Assembly (NCBI GenBank): GCA_963674755.2
Contig: CAXXVS010000003.1
Span: 1,728,001 to 1,792,000, forward strand
Direction: 5' to 3'
Source: Desulfobacterales bacterium
GTDB taxonomy: Bacteria; Desulfobacterota; Desulfobacteria; Desulfobacterales; UBA5852
Length of the DNA stretch: 64,000 nucleotides
Every line of letters starts with the position of its first letter. Within the stretch, counting starts at the first letter, position 1. Positions 53,652-64,000 of this stretch are shown here, piece by piece. The notes beneath the pieces are model-generated. The model saw only the letters and a list, made by a program, of their open reading frames with translations, did no database searches and had not been told where the DNA came from. The translations under genes were made by a program, and so were the position numbers.

Positions 53652-56600
53652 TCAGGCCCCGGCGGCCGGCCTCCGGGCGGCATGGTCCTGGGCCAGGAGC
53701 ATGTACATGGCCGGCACCACAAAGAGGGTAAAGAGCGTGCCGATGGAAAGGCCGGTCATGATCACCAGACCCATGTTGAAACGGCCCACCGCCCCGGCGC
53801 CGGTGGCCAATACCAGCGGCAGCACCCCCAGGACCATGGCGGCCGTGGTCATCAGGATCGGCCGCAGACGGATGGCGGCCGCGGTTTGGATGGCTTCCCG
53901 TTTCGACTTCCCTTCGGCCTGCAGGTCGTTGGCGAACTGCACGATGAGGATGCCGTGCTTGCTGATCAGACCGATCAGGGTCACCAGGCCCACTTCGGTA
54001 TAGATGTTGAGGGTGGCGCCGCCGATGCCCAGACTGATGAAGATCATGGCGCCGCAGATGGACATGGGAACGCTGACCAGGATGATCAGGGGATCGCGAA
54101 AGCTTTCAAAGAGCGCCGCCAGCGCCAGGAAGATGATGATCAGCGCGAAGAAAAAGGTCACCATCAGCTGGCTCGATTCGTGTTCGAATTGCCGGGACTG
54201 GCCGCTGTAGTCGATGCTGTAGCCCTGGGGCAGCTCCCGGGCGGCCAGGGTCTTGAGGGTGTCCAGGGCCTGGCCCAGGGTGACGCCCGGCATGGGGACG
54301 GCCGAAATCGTGGCCGCGTTGAGCTGCTGGAAATGGTTGAGGGACTCCGGAACGACTTCGGTCTGCAGGCTCACGACGGTCGACATGGGGACAGCGACGC
54401 CGCTGGCGGTACGGATATAGTAGTCCCGGAGCTGGTCGGGGTTGAGCCGGTAGCGCTGCATCACCTGGGGGATCACTTTGTAGGACCGGCCCGCGAGGCT
54501 GAAATAGTTCACGTAGCCGCCGCCCAGCATCGATCCCAGGGCGCTGCCCACGTCCCTCATGGTCAACCCCATCTGGGAGGCCCGGTTGCGGTGGATCTTG
54601 ACCGTCACCTGGGGTTTGTCGATTTTCAGATCGCTGTCCAGATAGGCGAACATGCCGCTGGCCCGGGCCTTGGCCATCACGGCCTGGGCCACTTTGTTGA
54701 GCTGGGCGAAGTCGTCGGTGGTGCCGATGACAAACTGCACCGGCAGCCCCCGGCCCCCGCCCGGCAGGGGCGGCCTTTGAAACGCCACGGCGCGCACCCC
54801 GGCCAGGCCGTTGAGCTCCTGCTGCACCTTGGGCTGGATCTGCATGGCGGTGGCCCGGCGTTCGTCCCAGGGTTTGAGCACCATGCCGGCGATGCCCGAA
54901 TTGAGACCGCTGATGCCGTCGAGCTGAAAGACGTGGTCGGTCTGACGAAAACCGGCAAAAATCTTGTAGACCTGGCGGGTGAAAAGCTGGGTCTGCTCCA
55001 GGGTGGCATCGGGCGCAGCGGTCACCATGGCGATAATGACCCCCTGGTCCTCCTGGGGCGCCAACTCGCTGCGCGAAGAGGTATAGAGGAAGTAGATGCT
55101 GACCAGCACGATCGAGGCGAATACGGCCACCACCGGGAGGGCATCCAGCGCGCCGTGCAGCAGGCCTTCGTAGGTGCGGCGCACCCGCTCGAACCCCCGG
55201 TCGACCAGGTGCATGAAGCGGTGCCGGTGGCGCTTGTCGTCGGGCTTCAAAAAGCGGGAGCACATCATGGGCGAGAGGGTCAGCGCAATCACCGCCGATA
55301 CGGTCACCGCCCCGGCCAGGGAGAAGGCGAACTCGGTGAACAGCGCGCCGGTCAGGCCGCCCATGAACCCGATGGGCACGTAGACCGCCACCAGCACCAC
55401 CGTCATGGCGATAATCGGGCCGGCCAGCTCCCGGGCGCCCAGCACGGCCGCCCGCACCGGGGCGATGCCCTCCTCCATGTGGCGATGGACGTTTTCCACG
55501 ACGATGATCGCATCGTCCACCACCAGGCCGATGGCCAGCACCAGGGCCAGCAGGGTCAGCAGGTTGATGGTATAGCCCAGGATCAGCATGATGAAAAAGG
55601 TGCCGATCAGGGAGAGCGGGATGGCGATCACCGGGATGATCACCGTCCGCACCGAGGCCAGGAAGAGGAAGATCACCAGGGTCACGATCAGGAGCGCCTC
55701 CACCAGGGTGGCGATCACCTCGTGGATGGAGCTGTTCACATACTTGGTGGCATCGTAGACGATGCGCCCGTTGAGGCCGCCGGGCAGTTGGCTGGCGATG
55801 GCCGGAAAGACCCGGCGGACGTTGTCGACGACGGTGATCAGGTTGGCGTTGGGCGTGACCTTGATCCCGATATAGACCGCCCGGCGCCCGTCGAAGGCCA
55901 CGGAGGTGCTGTAGGTTTCCGATCCCAGGGAGACGTTGGCGATATCTCCCAGACGGATGATGGCGCCCTTGCGGGAGGCCACGACCAGGTCGCGGAACTC
56001 GTCCACCGAATGCAGCCCCGTGTCGGCCGTGAGATTCAGGGTCACCATCTGGCCCTTGGTCCGCCCCAGGGCGGAGATGAAGTCGTTGGCGGCCAGGGCA
56101 TTGCTCACGTCGCTGCCGGTCAGACCGTAGGCCGCCATTTTTTGCGGGTCGAGCCAGGCCCGCAAGGCGAACTGGCGGGCCCCCAGGATTTCGGCGGTCT
56201 GCACCCCGGCGATGGTCTGGAGCTTGGGCTGGACGACCCGGATCAGATAGTCGGTGATCCGGTTGGCGGGCAGGTCCTCGCTATAGAAGCCGATGTACAT
56301 CGAATCGATGGTTTCCCCGACCGAAACGCTGATCACCGGCTGTTGGGACTCCCGGGGCAGCTGGTTCAGGACCGCGTTGACCTTGGTGTTGATTTCGGTC
56401 AGGGCCTGGTTGGCGTCATAGTTCAAGCGCAGGTAGGCCTGGATGGTGCTCATGCTCTGGGTGCTGGAGGAGCTGAGGTAGTCGATTCCGTCGGCCTGGG
56501 CGATGGAGTTTTCCAGCGGGGTGGTGATGAAGCCGGATACCAGGGCCGGATCGGCCCCGGTGTAGACGGTGGCGACGGTGACCACGGCGTTCTGGGTTTC

Positions 56601-56729
56601 GGGAAACTCGCGCACCCGCAGCAGGCCCAGGGCGCGCAGGCCCAGCACCAAGATGAGCAGACTGACCACCGTGGCCAGCACGGGGCGCTGAACGAAGATA
56701 TCGGTGAAACGGTTGCGTTCGGTTGTCAT
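53652..56729 (-). CDS. RND efflux inner-membrane permease
   Basis: FVQRPV, IGLVVDDAIIVVEN, GLISKHGILIV, RLRPILMT. Confidence 0.95.
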   Translation of the reverse strand: MTTERNRFTDIFVQRPVLATVVSLLILVLGLRALGLLRVREFPETQNAVVTVATVYTGADPALVSGFITTPLENSIAQADGIDYLSSSSTQSMSTIQAYLRLNYDANQALTEINTKVNAVLNQLPRESQQPVISVSVGETIDSMYIGFYSEDLPANRITDYLIRVVQPKLQTIAGVQTAEILGARQFALRAWLDPQKMAAYGLTGSDVSNALAANDFISALGRTKGQMVTLNLTADTGLHSVDEFRDLVVASRKGAIIRLGDIANVSLGSETYSTSVAFDGRRAVYIGIKVTPNANLITVVDNVRRVFPAIASQLPGGLNGRIVYDATKYVNSSIHEVIATLVEALLIVTLVIFLFLASVRTVIIPVIAIPLSLIGTFFIMLILGYTINLLTLLALVLAIGLVVDDAIIVVENVHRHMEEGIAPVRAAVLGARELAGPIIAMTVVLVAVYVPIGFMGGLTGALFTEFAFSLAGAVTVSAVIALTLSPMMCSRFLKPDDKRHRHRFMHLVDRGFERVRRTYEGLLHGALDALPVVAVFASIVLVSIYFLYTSSRSELAPQEDQGVIIAMVTAAPDATLEQTQLFTRQVYKIFAGFRQTDHVFQLDGISGLNSGIAGMVLKPWDERRATAMQIQPKVQQELNGLAGVRAVAFQRPPLPGGGRGLPVQFVIGTTDDFAQLNKVAQAVMAKARASGMFAYLDSDLKIDKPQVTVKIHRNRASQMGLTMRDVGSALGSMLGGGYVNYFSLAGRSYKVIPQVMQRYRLNPDQLRDYYIRTASGVAVPMSTVVSLQTEVVPESLNHFQQLNAATISAVPMPGVTLGQALDTLKTLAARELPQGYSIDYSGQSRQFEHESSQLMVTFFFALIIIFLALAALFESFRDPLIILVSVPMSICGAMIFISLGIGGATLNIYTEVGLVTLIGLISKHGILIVQFANDLQAEGKSKREAIQTAAAIRLRPILMTTAAMVLGVLPLVLATGAGAVGRFNMGLVIMTGLSIGTLFTLFVVPAMYMLLAQDHAARRPAAGA

Positions 56730-56730
56730 G

Positions 56731-57852
56731 CTACTGGTCCGCCGGCATGGGAGCCGCGTCGTTGCTGGGTTGAATGGTGTTGTTGACGATGATGCGATCG
56801 CCGCTTTTGAGTTTCATCTGCCCGCTGGTGACGACGGTCTCGCCCGCCTGGATGCCCTTGAGGATGGCCACCTGGTCGCCGCGTTTGGCCCCCACGGTGA
56901 CAAAGATCTGCTTGGCGATCGGAGCGGATTTGTCCTGGGCGCCCGGGGTGACGACAAACACGGTTTCCCCGTAAGGGTTGTAGGTCACGGCGGTCTGGGG
57001 CAGGGTGACCTGGTTGACGGTGCTCCCGGTTGCGATCTGCACGTGGGCGAACATGCCCGGCAACAGCAGATGCCGGGGGTTGTCCTGGGTGGCCTCGATC
57101 TCGATGTTGCGGGTCTGGGGATCGATCTTGGCGTTGATCGCGGTGATGGTGCCCTGGAAGGGCCGGTCCGGATAGCTATCGGTGGTGACGGTCACGGTCT
57201 GGCCGAGCTGGACCTGGGCAATCGCTTGCTGGGGCAGCATGAAATCCACATAGACCGTGTCGATGGCCTGCAGGGTGGCGATCCGGTCGCCGGGGTTGAG
57301 ATATTGGCCGGGGCTGACCGTGCTGATGCCGATACGGCCGCTGAAGGGCGCCTCGATGGTCTTTTTGGCCACGAGCGCGGCCTGGGCATCGGCCTGGGCC
57401 CGCTTGCTCTTGAGATCGGCCTGGGAGACGTCCAGCACGGCCTGGCTGATGGCCTTGACCGCGAACTGCCGGCGGTCGCGTTCGTAGGTGGTGCGGGCCA
57501 GCACGGCCTGGGCCTCCAGCGAGTGCAGCAGGGCCACATCGGCATCGGCGTTGAGCTGGACCAGAAGCTGGCCCTGGCGCACATCGTCGCCGGACTTGAA
57601 GTGGACGGTGCGCACCATGCCGGCGATTTCGGTGGTCACATCGACGCCCTCCAGGGCCCGCACCGTCCCCACGGCGGTGAGGTTGGGCTGCCAGCTTTCC
57701 ATCTTGGCGATGGTGGTGGCGACGGTGACCGGCGGCGCCTGATTGGCGTGCATGGCCTTGGCGATCATATGCGCCACAAAGGCTTTGTACCCGAAAATGC
57801 CGCCGAACAAGAGGCCGACACATCCCAGCATGATCAGCATGCGTTTGGTCAT
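56731..57852 (-). CDS. RND periplasmic adaptor (membrane fusion protein)
   Basis: N-terminal TM; G.V...GQLLVQL; IEAPFSG; LLPGMF. Confidence 0.93.
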   Translation of the reverse strand: MTKRMLIMLGCVGLLFGGIFGYKAFVAHMIAKAMHANQAPPVTVATTIAKMESWQPNLTAVGTVRALEGVDVTTEIAGMVRTVHFKSGDDVRQGQLLVQLNADADVALLHSLEAQAVLARTTYERDRRQFAVKAISQAVLDVSQADLKSKRAQADAQAALVAKKTIEAPFSGRIGISTVSPGQYLNPGDRIATLQAIDTVYVDFMLPQQAIAQVQLGQTVTVTTDSYPDRPFQGTITAINAKIDPQTRNIEIEATQDNPRHLLLPGMFAHVQIATGSTVNQVTLPQTAVTYNPYGETVFVVTPGAQDKSAPIAKQIFVTVGAKRGDQVAILKGIQAGETVVTSGQMKLKSGDRIIVNNTIQPSNDAAPMPADQ

Positions 57853-57880
57853 GGAATACTCCGTCTGATAGAGCCTGACA

Positions 57881-59398
57881 TTATTTCTTGCCGGCCTCTT
57901 CCTGTTTCACCGGCATGGACGCCGGGCCGGAACCGGCGGCCGGCGGCGATGGGTTCCACCAGCCGCCCCCGAGGGCCTGGAACAGGGCGGCCGAATCCGC
58001 ATAGCGGGCGGCCTGGGCCTGGACCAGGCTGATGCGCGTCTGCTGGTGCTGACGCTGGGCGTTGAGCAGGGAGAGATAGTTCACCGCGCCGAACTGAAAC
58101 TGTTTTTCGGTCAGCTGCAAGGTGTCGCGGGCCGCGATCTCGGCCTGGCTTTGGGCTTCCAGGGTGCGGGCGTCGGAGGCCAGGGCCTGCAGCACGTTGG
58201 CCACCTCGAGGAAGGCCTGCAGCACGGTCTGGCGATACAGGGCGGCGGCCTGGTCATAGGCCGCGACGGCGGCCCGGCGTTCGGCCAGGAGGGTGCCGCC
58301 CTGGAAGAGCGGCTGCGCCAGTCCCGCCCCCAGGTTCCAGAAAATCGTATCGCTGCGGAAGAGATCCTGGGTGCGGGTGCTCGCGGTGCCGTAGCTGCCG
58401 GTCAGGGTGATCTTGGGATACAGATTGGCCGTGGCCACGCCGACCTGGGCGCTGGCCGCATGCAGCAGGGCCTCGGAAGCCCGGATGTCCGGGCGCTGGC
58501 GCACCAGGGCGGACGGCAGGCTGACCGGCAGGTCCTCCGGCAGGGTGAGCGTTTGAATGCTGAATTCAGGCAGTTCCGCGGCACGGTCCGGCAATTGACC
58601 GATCAGGGTCGCCAATTGGTGGCGCGTCTGGTAGAGGGCTTTCTCCAGAGGCGGCAGGGTGGCCCGGGTCTGGGCCAGCTGGGTCTCCTGGGCCAGTACG
58701 TCGGGACGCGAAACGCCGCCCAGCTCGAATTGGCTCTTGACCAGTTCGTAGGCGCGCGCCTGATCCGCCAGAATGTCCCGGGTGGCCTGGAGCTGCGCCC
58801 GCAGGGAGGCTTCCTGGATGGCGCTGGTGACGATATTGGCGGTCAGCGCCAGATAGGTGCCCTCCAACAGGAAGCGCTGATAGTCCACCTGGGACTGCAG
58901 GGCTTCCAGCTCCCGCCGCCCGCCGCCGAAAATGTCCAGCAGATAGGAGACACTGACCGAGGCGTTGTAAAGGTTGAAGGTGGAAGCACCGCTCGACGAC
59001 CCGGAAGAGGCGCCGCTGGTGCGCTGCCGGCGGCCCGCCAGGTCGGCGCCCACACTCGGGAACCAGACCGTGCCGAACTGGGCCCGATAGGTCTCCCGGG
59101 CCCGGCGCAGGGCGGCCTGGGCCGCGCTCACGGTGGGATTCTGGACCAGGGCGCGGCCGATCAAACTGTCCAGGGCTTCGGAATGAAAGATCAGCCACCA
59201 TTGGTGCGGAATTTCTTCGCCCATGGTGAACCGCTGGGCCTGGCCGCCGGCCACGGGGGCGGCCGCCGTTTCCTCCGGCAGGGGGGCGGCGGTATAGGTC
59301 CGGGCGTCCGGCGCCCCGGGGGGCTTGAAATCGGGCCCCACGGCGCAGCCGATCAGCAGCATGCCGACCAGCGCCGTCCACATCATTTTCCAATGCAA
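57881..59398 (-). CDS. Efflux outer-membrane lipoprotein (NodT/OprM family)
   Basis: Lipobox LIGC-AVGPD; RPDIRA.E; ALGGGW. Confidence 0.93.
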   Translation of the reverse strand: MHWKMMWTALVGMLLIGCAVGPDFKPPGAPDARTYTAAPLPEETAAAPVAGGQAQRFTMGEEIPHQWWLIFHSEALDSLIGRALVQNPTVSAAQAALRRARETYRAQFGTVWFPSVGADLAGRRQRTSGASSGSSSGASTFNLYNASVSVSYLLDIFGGGRRELEALQSQVDYQRFLLEGTYLALTANIVTSAIQEASLRAQLQATRDILADQARAYELVKSQFELGGVSRPDVLAQETQLAQTRATLPPLEKALYQTRHQLATLIGQLPDRAAELPEFSIQTLTLPEDLPVSLPSALVRQRPDIRASEALLHAASAQVGVATANLYPKITLTGSYGTASTRTQDLFRSDTIFWNLGAGLAQPLFQGGTLLAERRAAVAAYDQAAALYRQTVLQAFLEVANVLQALASDARTLEAQSQAEIAARDTLQLTEKQFQFGAVNYLSLLNAQRQHQQTRISLVQAQAARYADSAALFQALGGGWWNPSPPAAGSGPASMPVKQEEAGKK

Positions 59399-59755
59399 CG
59401 ATCGGTCCCCCTTTGCTAAAAAAACCGCCGATTCGTCTGCCGCCGGGCGCCCTGCGTCCGGGCAGATGGGATCGGCTGGGATTGCACAACGATACCCGAT
59501 TCTAACCTAATTTCTATGCATCGACCCGGGCGGACCACAATGGGGGAAAAGCCGTAGTTGCCAAAAAACGATTGCTTATTGTCATGACCCCGGAGGGGAC
59601 CTCCGGCCTGCCGGATTGGGATCTTCCGGCGGGAAGCATTGCCGCCTTGCCAGGAGCCTAAATCTACCAAGTCTGGATGAGTCCTGAATAATTGAAGTGT
59701 CTTTGTCTTTAATTGGAATGAGACGCTGTGAAGGCGGATATGGGCAGGTTTGTTG

Positions 59756-60961
59756 TCAGCGCAGCCCCTGGGCGAGCCGTCGCCCGCGCCATGCTTTGAG
59801 AATAAGGCCCAGCAGCGCCAGGGCCGCGAAGGCCGCTCCCGCGTAGAAGGTGAAGGACGCGCCCAGGCGGTCCCACAGGAGCCCCGCGGCGGCGCTGGCC
59901 AGCAACATGGCGATCCCGCCGACCAGGTTGAAGACGCCAAAGGCCGTGCCGCGCAGATCGGCGGGGGCCGTATCGGCGACCATGGTGGCCAGCAGCCCCT
60001 GGGTAATCCCCATGTGAACGCCCCACAAGGCCACCCCGAGGATGATCGTGAGCCAATGGTCGTTGGCCGCCAGAACCAGGTCGGCGGCGATCAGAACAAG
60101 CAAGCCCATGGACAGCAGCGTGCTGCGGTTCATGCGGTCCGAGAGTTTGCCGAAAGGATAGGCCGATCCCGCATAGAGCAGATTCATGACCACCATCACG
60201 AGCGGCACGTAGGCCACCGGAATACCGCCCTGTTGGGCGCGCAGCACCAGGAACGCTTCACTGAAGCGCGCCAGGGTGAACACCGCGCCGATGCCCACCA
60301 CCCACCAGTAGGCAGCGCTCAGGCGCTTGAGGTTGGCGCGGCGAATCGGATTGGTGCGTTTGGCCCCCGCATGCCGTTCGGGCTCGCGGACCCCGAGCAG
60401 GAGCAGGGCGACGGCCAGCAGCCCCGGGATGACGGCTACCCAGAAGACGGCCCGGAAGTCGTCGGCCCAGAGCAGCATCAGACCCACCGCCAGCAGCGGG
60501 CCGAGGAGGGCCCCCACGGTGTCGAGGGATTGGCGCAGGCCGAAGGCGGCGCCGCGTACCCCGCCGGGGGCCAGATCCGCCACCAGGGCATCCCGCGGGG
60601 CGCCCCGCACCCCTTTGCCGACACGGTCCAGCAGGCGCGCCCCAAGGACGAGGCCGGCGGTCGAAGCGATGGCAAACAAGGGTTTGGTCAGCGCGCCCAG
60701 CGCATAGCCCAGGACCGCCAGGGCCTTGCGCTTGCCCAGATAGTCGCTCAGGGCGCCGGAGAAGACTTTGACAATGAGGGCGGTGGACTCGGCCAGCCCT
60801 TCGATCAGGCCGACCACGAGCGCGCTCGCGCCCAAAACGTCCACCAGGAAGAGCGGGAGCAGGCTGTGGATCATCTCGGAGGAGATGTCCATGAGCATGC
60901 TTACCAGGCCGAGCACCCAGATGCCGGTCGGGATGCGCTTGAACGGGGTGTTTGCCCTCAT
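59756..60961 (-). CDS. MFS transporter
   Basis: DISSEM, DRVGKGVRGAPRDAL, GKLSDRM. Confidence 0.92.
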   Translation of the reverse strand: MRANTPFKRIPTGIWVLGLVSMLMDISSEMIHSLLPLFLVDVLGASALVVGLIEGLAESTALIVKVFSGALSDYLGKRKALAVLGYALGALTKPLFAIASTAGLVLGARLLDRVGKGVRGAPRDALVADLAPGGVRGAAFGLRQSLDTVGALLGPLLAVGLMLLWADDFRAVFWVAVIPGLLAVALLLLGVREPERHAGAKRTNPIRRANLKRLSAAYWWVVGIGAVFTLARFSEAFLVLRAQQGGIPVAYVPLVMVVMNLLYAGSAYPFGKLSDRMNRSTLLSMGLLVLIAADLVLAANDHWLTIILGVALWGVHMGITQGLLATMVADTAPADLRGTAFGVFNLVGGIAMLLASAAAGLLWDRLGASFTFYAGAAFAALALLGLILKAWRGRRLAQGLR

Positions 60962-61067
60962 AGCCTCAGTCGGACGGGATGGTGATAAAAAAAGCCTGTT
61001 GGTGCTTGATATCCGTTGCCGGATAATCGGTCGGCGAGGCCGGCCGCGTTATTCATCGTCATGTCCT

Positions 61068-62048
61068 CTATGTGGCGAGCAGAAAGGCCGTCGCCGCCAC
61101 CGCGATACCCACCCGGTAATAGCCGAAGAGCGCCAAGCCGTGCCGGGACAGGTAGCGCACCATCCATTTCACGGAGATGACCGCAGCGATGAAAGCCACT
61201 ACCACGCCGATGATCAGTGAATAATGATCGAAGGTTTGCAGCATCAGCTGGCCGTGCTTCAGGGTGTCGTAGGCCGTGGCTGCACCGAGGGTCACGACCC
61301 CCAGCAAAAAGCTGTATTCGACGGCGGCCGTCATGGACAACCCCACCATCAGGCCGCCCACAATGGTGACCAGGCTGCGGCTGACCCCCGGCCACATGGC
61401 GATGCATTGGGCGAAACCGATGATCAGGGCCATCCGCCAGGTCATGTCGTCCAGCAGACGGCCGGGTTGTGGCCCCTGTTGCCGGGCGCGGTTGCGCCAA
61501 CTCACGGCTAATATGGCAAGGCCGCCGAGGAGCCAGGCGACCACAACCGGCCAGGGACCGAAAAGGGCGCTTTTAATGATTTTATTGAACAGCAGGCCCA
61601 GAACAGCGGCCGGCAGGAATCCGGCCGCCACGTTGAACAGCAGCCGGCGGCCGGCGGCATCCCGGCCGATCAGCCCCCGTAAAATCTGTTGGATCCGCCC
61701 GAAATAGAGCCACAGCACGGCGATGATCGCGCCGGCCTGGATGCAGATGGTATAGGCGTCTACGGCTTCCTTGGTTTGCGCCCGCCGGGCGGGCGATTGG
61801 TCAGGACCATCGCCGATCCCCATGATCCTTTCCGTCAGCAGCAGATGCCCGGTGGAGCTCACCGGCAAATATTCCGTGAGCCCCTCGACAACGCCCAAAA
61901 CCACAGCCTGGGTAGTGGTCAGGAGTTTCCGTTCCGCATTTGGCGGTTGGCCCTCAGGCGCGCTTTGGGCGATGGCGGCAAGGAGGCAAACGGAGAGCGG
62001 CAGCAAAGCCGCGATGATTGACCTACGCGATCGTGTTCCAGTGGGCAT
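61068..62048 (-). CDS. uppP: Undecaprenyl-diphosphate phosphatase (BacA family)
   Basis: VEGLTEYLPVSSTGH and PGVSRS catalytic motifs. Confidence 0.92.
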   Translation of the reverse strand: MPTGTRSRRSIIAALLPLSVCLLAAIAQSAPEGQPPNAERKLLTTTQAVVLGVVEGLTEYLPVSSTGHLLLTERIMGIGDGPDQSPARRAQTKEAVDAYTICIQAGAIIAVLWLYFGRIQQILRGLIGRDAAGRRLLFNVAAGFLPAAVLGLLFNKIIKSALFGPWPVVVAWLLGGLAILAVSWRNRARQQGPQPGRLLDDMTWRMALIIGFAQCIAMWPGVSRSLVTIVGGLMVGLSMTAAVEYSFLLGVVTLGAATAYDTLKHGQLMLQTFDHYSLIIGVVVAFIAAVISVKWMVRYLSRHGLALFGYYRVGIAVAATAFLLAT

Positions 62049-62103
62049 GATTTCTCCATCGGTCCGAAATGCGCTTTTTCCGCAAATCAAAGGATCTTCC
62101 AGG

Positions 62104-62248
62104 TAGCGTCCATCCATAATGGTAGATTTTGGCTTCTGGCAAGGCCCGAGCGCGTTTTCAACCGGAGGAATAGCAAGCTATTTCGAGGATTGAAAACAAG
62201 CGAGAACGCCGCCAGGGGCCGAAAGATGCCATTTATGGGTGAACACTA
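62104..62248 (-). repeat. Hairpin/MITE-like element copy C (inverted)
   Basis: Reverse complement tagtgttcacccataaatggcatctttcggccc...ccaaaatctaccattatggatggacgcta aligns with copy B. Confidence 0.8.
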
Positions 62249-62580
62249 AGTATAAGGCTGTGAAGCTTACCGGAACATTCGCACAAGTTTACTTTTTGGT
62301 AAACTTCAGAATCAAACTTGAAAGGATGAAAGGACCACTTAGGCGGGCCTGAACGTCAGAAATATCTGAACGGCAAGCGCTGGTTATCCTGTTAAGGGGG
62401 TGTGCTCGCACGGCTGAAAACCGTATTCCATGGGGTTTTCGGGGTGGGATCATGCCTGTGGTGAGGGGGCGGAGGCCTTGAAAAAGCTCGGCAGGGGAGA
62501 GCCACCGTTCGATGACCCGGGCCGTAAACATAAACTTTAGCCGGCTTCCGTTGCATAGAGGAATACGGTGTTGACGGTAT

Positions 62581-63354
<774 letters not shown>

Positions 63355-64000
63355 GGAGCACGAGGGGGTATATTGCGCGTCAGCGCCTTTGCCGGCGGCC
63401 CCAAAGACGTCCAGGGATGTGCGCTATCCCTGGCAGCCGGTTGTTTCGTGCGGTTGCCATCGGCCGCACCAGCCAAATGGGCGCTTGGCAACGTCCGTGG
63501 CCGGCATGATGCAGCGCCCGCGGGCCGGCACCCGGTCCCGCACGGCCGTGAAGTGCTCCGGTTTCGACGGCGGAATACATGCGGGCGGGTATTGATGTAA
63601 AAACATCGGCTCATTACCTTGGCGGCACGCGATCTTCCAGGTGCCGGCGATGGCCGGGGGTGTGGCAATTCAGGCCGCGGTCTCCCGTCCGGACGTTGCG
63701 AACCATATCTCCATCGGATGGAGCGGCTCCCAGGCGCCGTTCCCGACGGTCATTCAATGGGCCTCCTTCGCCCGCCGCACCGGTCATGATGGTCCGGAGG
63801 GAACATACGCAGTGAATCGCCTTAAGCCTGGATCGACACGCATCCGGCCGCTGATCGTGCCACCGGTTACCTGTCAGCGGGTCGGACAATCGCTGGAAAA
63901 CGACGCCCGGCATGGGCCGCATCGAAATGGAACCGCCATTGGAATCTGAAACCAGAGAGCGCTATCACCCGCTCAATTTCTTTTATTTTTTAGTGATCGC

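Noticed and set aside
53601..56786. 1061-aa plus-strand ORF and similar long antisense ORFs (e.g. 4965-6542, 10914-12413, 19897-21333)
   Set aside because: Shadow ORFs opposite well-supported genes, expected in high-GC DNA; no recognisable motifs
63355..64000. Short minus-strand ORFs with faint phosphoketolase-like words (DMVRN, DRVP)
   Set aside because: Too little similarity to support by eye; needs a translated search

Overview
This window is GC-rich bacterial DNA whose gene content and repeats suggest a Desulfobacterales-type deltaproteobacterium (inference). From left to right it holds: the end of a nuo operon (nuoM, nuoN); a dihydroorotate-dehydrogenase-like gene; HMG-CoA lyase plus a biotin-dependent acyl-CoA carboxylase; a DeoR-regulated Ugp-like ABC transporter; an oxidative pentose-phosphate cluster (zwf-rpiB-tal-gnd-pgl); and an ECF sigma factor. 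A visibly lower-GC island (about 24.6-40.9 kb) encodes an M20 hydrolase, GntR, an alanine-racemase-fold enzyme, glutaminase, a TeaABC-like TRAP system, a peptide ABC system, an MlrC peptidase and a KamA-type radical-SAM aminomutase. Three of these enzymes have non-canonical active-site residues. Next is a 2305-bp tandem duplication carrying an HD gene, a fluoride riboswitch and a dynamin-like GTPase, followed by a decayed enolase. The rest holds cytochrome b, UPF0182, HAD, RND efflux, MFS and uppP genes and a ~770-bp poly-C tract that is probably artefactual. Best leads: (1) a fluoride riboswitch controlling a bacterial dynamin-like protein and enolase; (2) an uncharacterised aminomutase/racemase/deacylase pathway; (3) a family of ~145-bp covarying hairpin elements that begin at gene stop codons.
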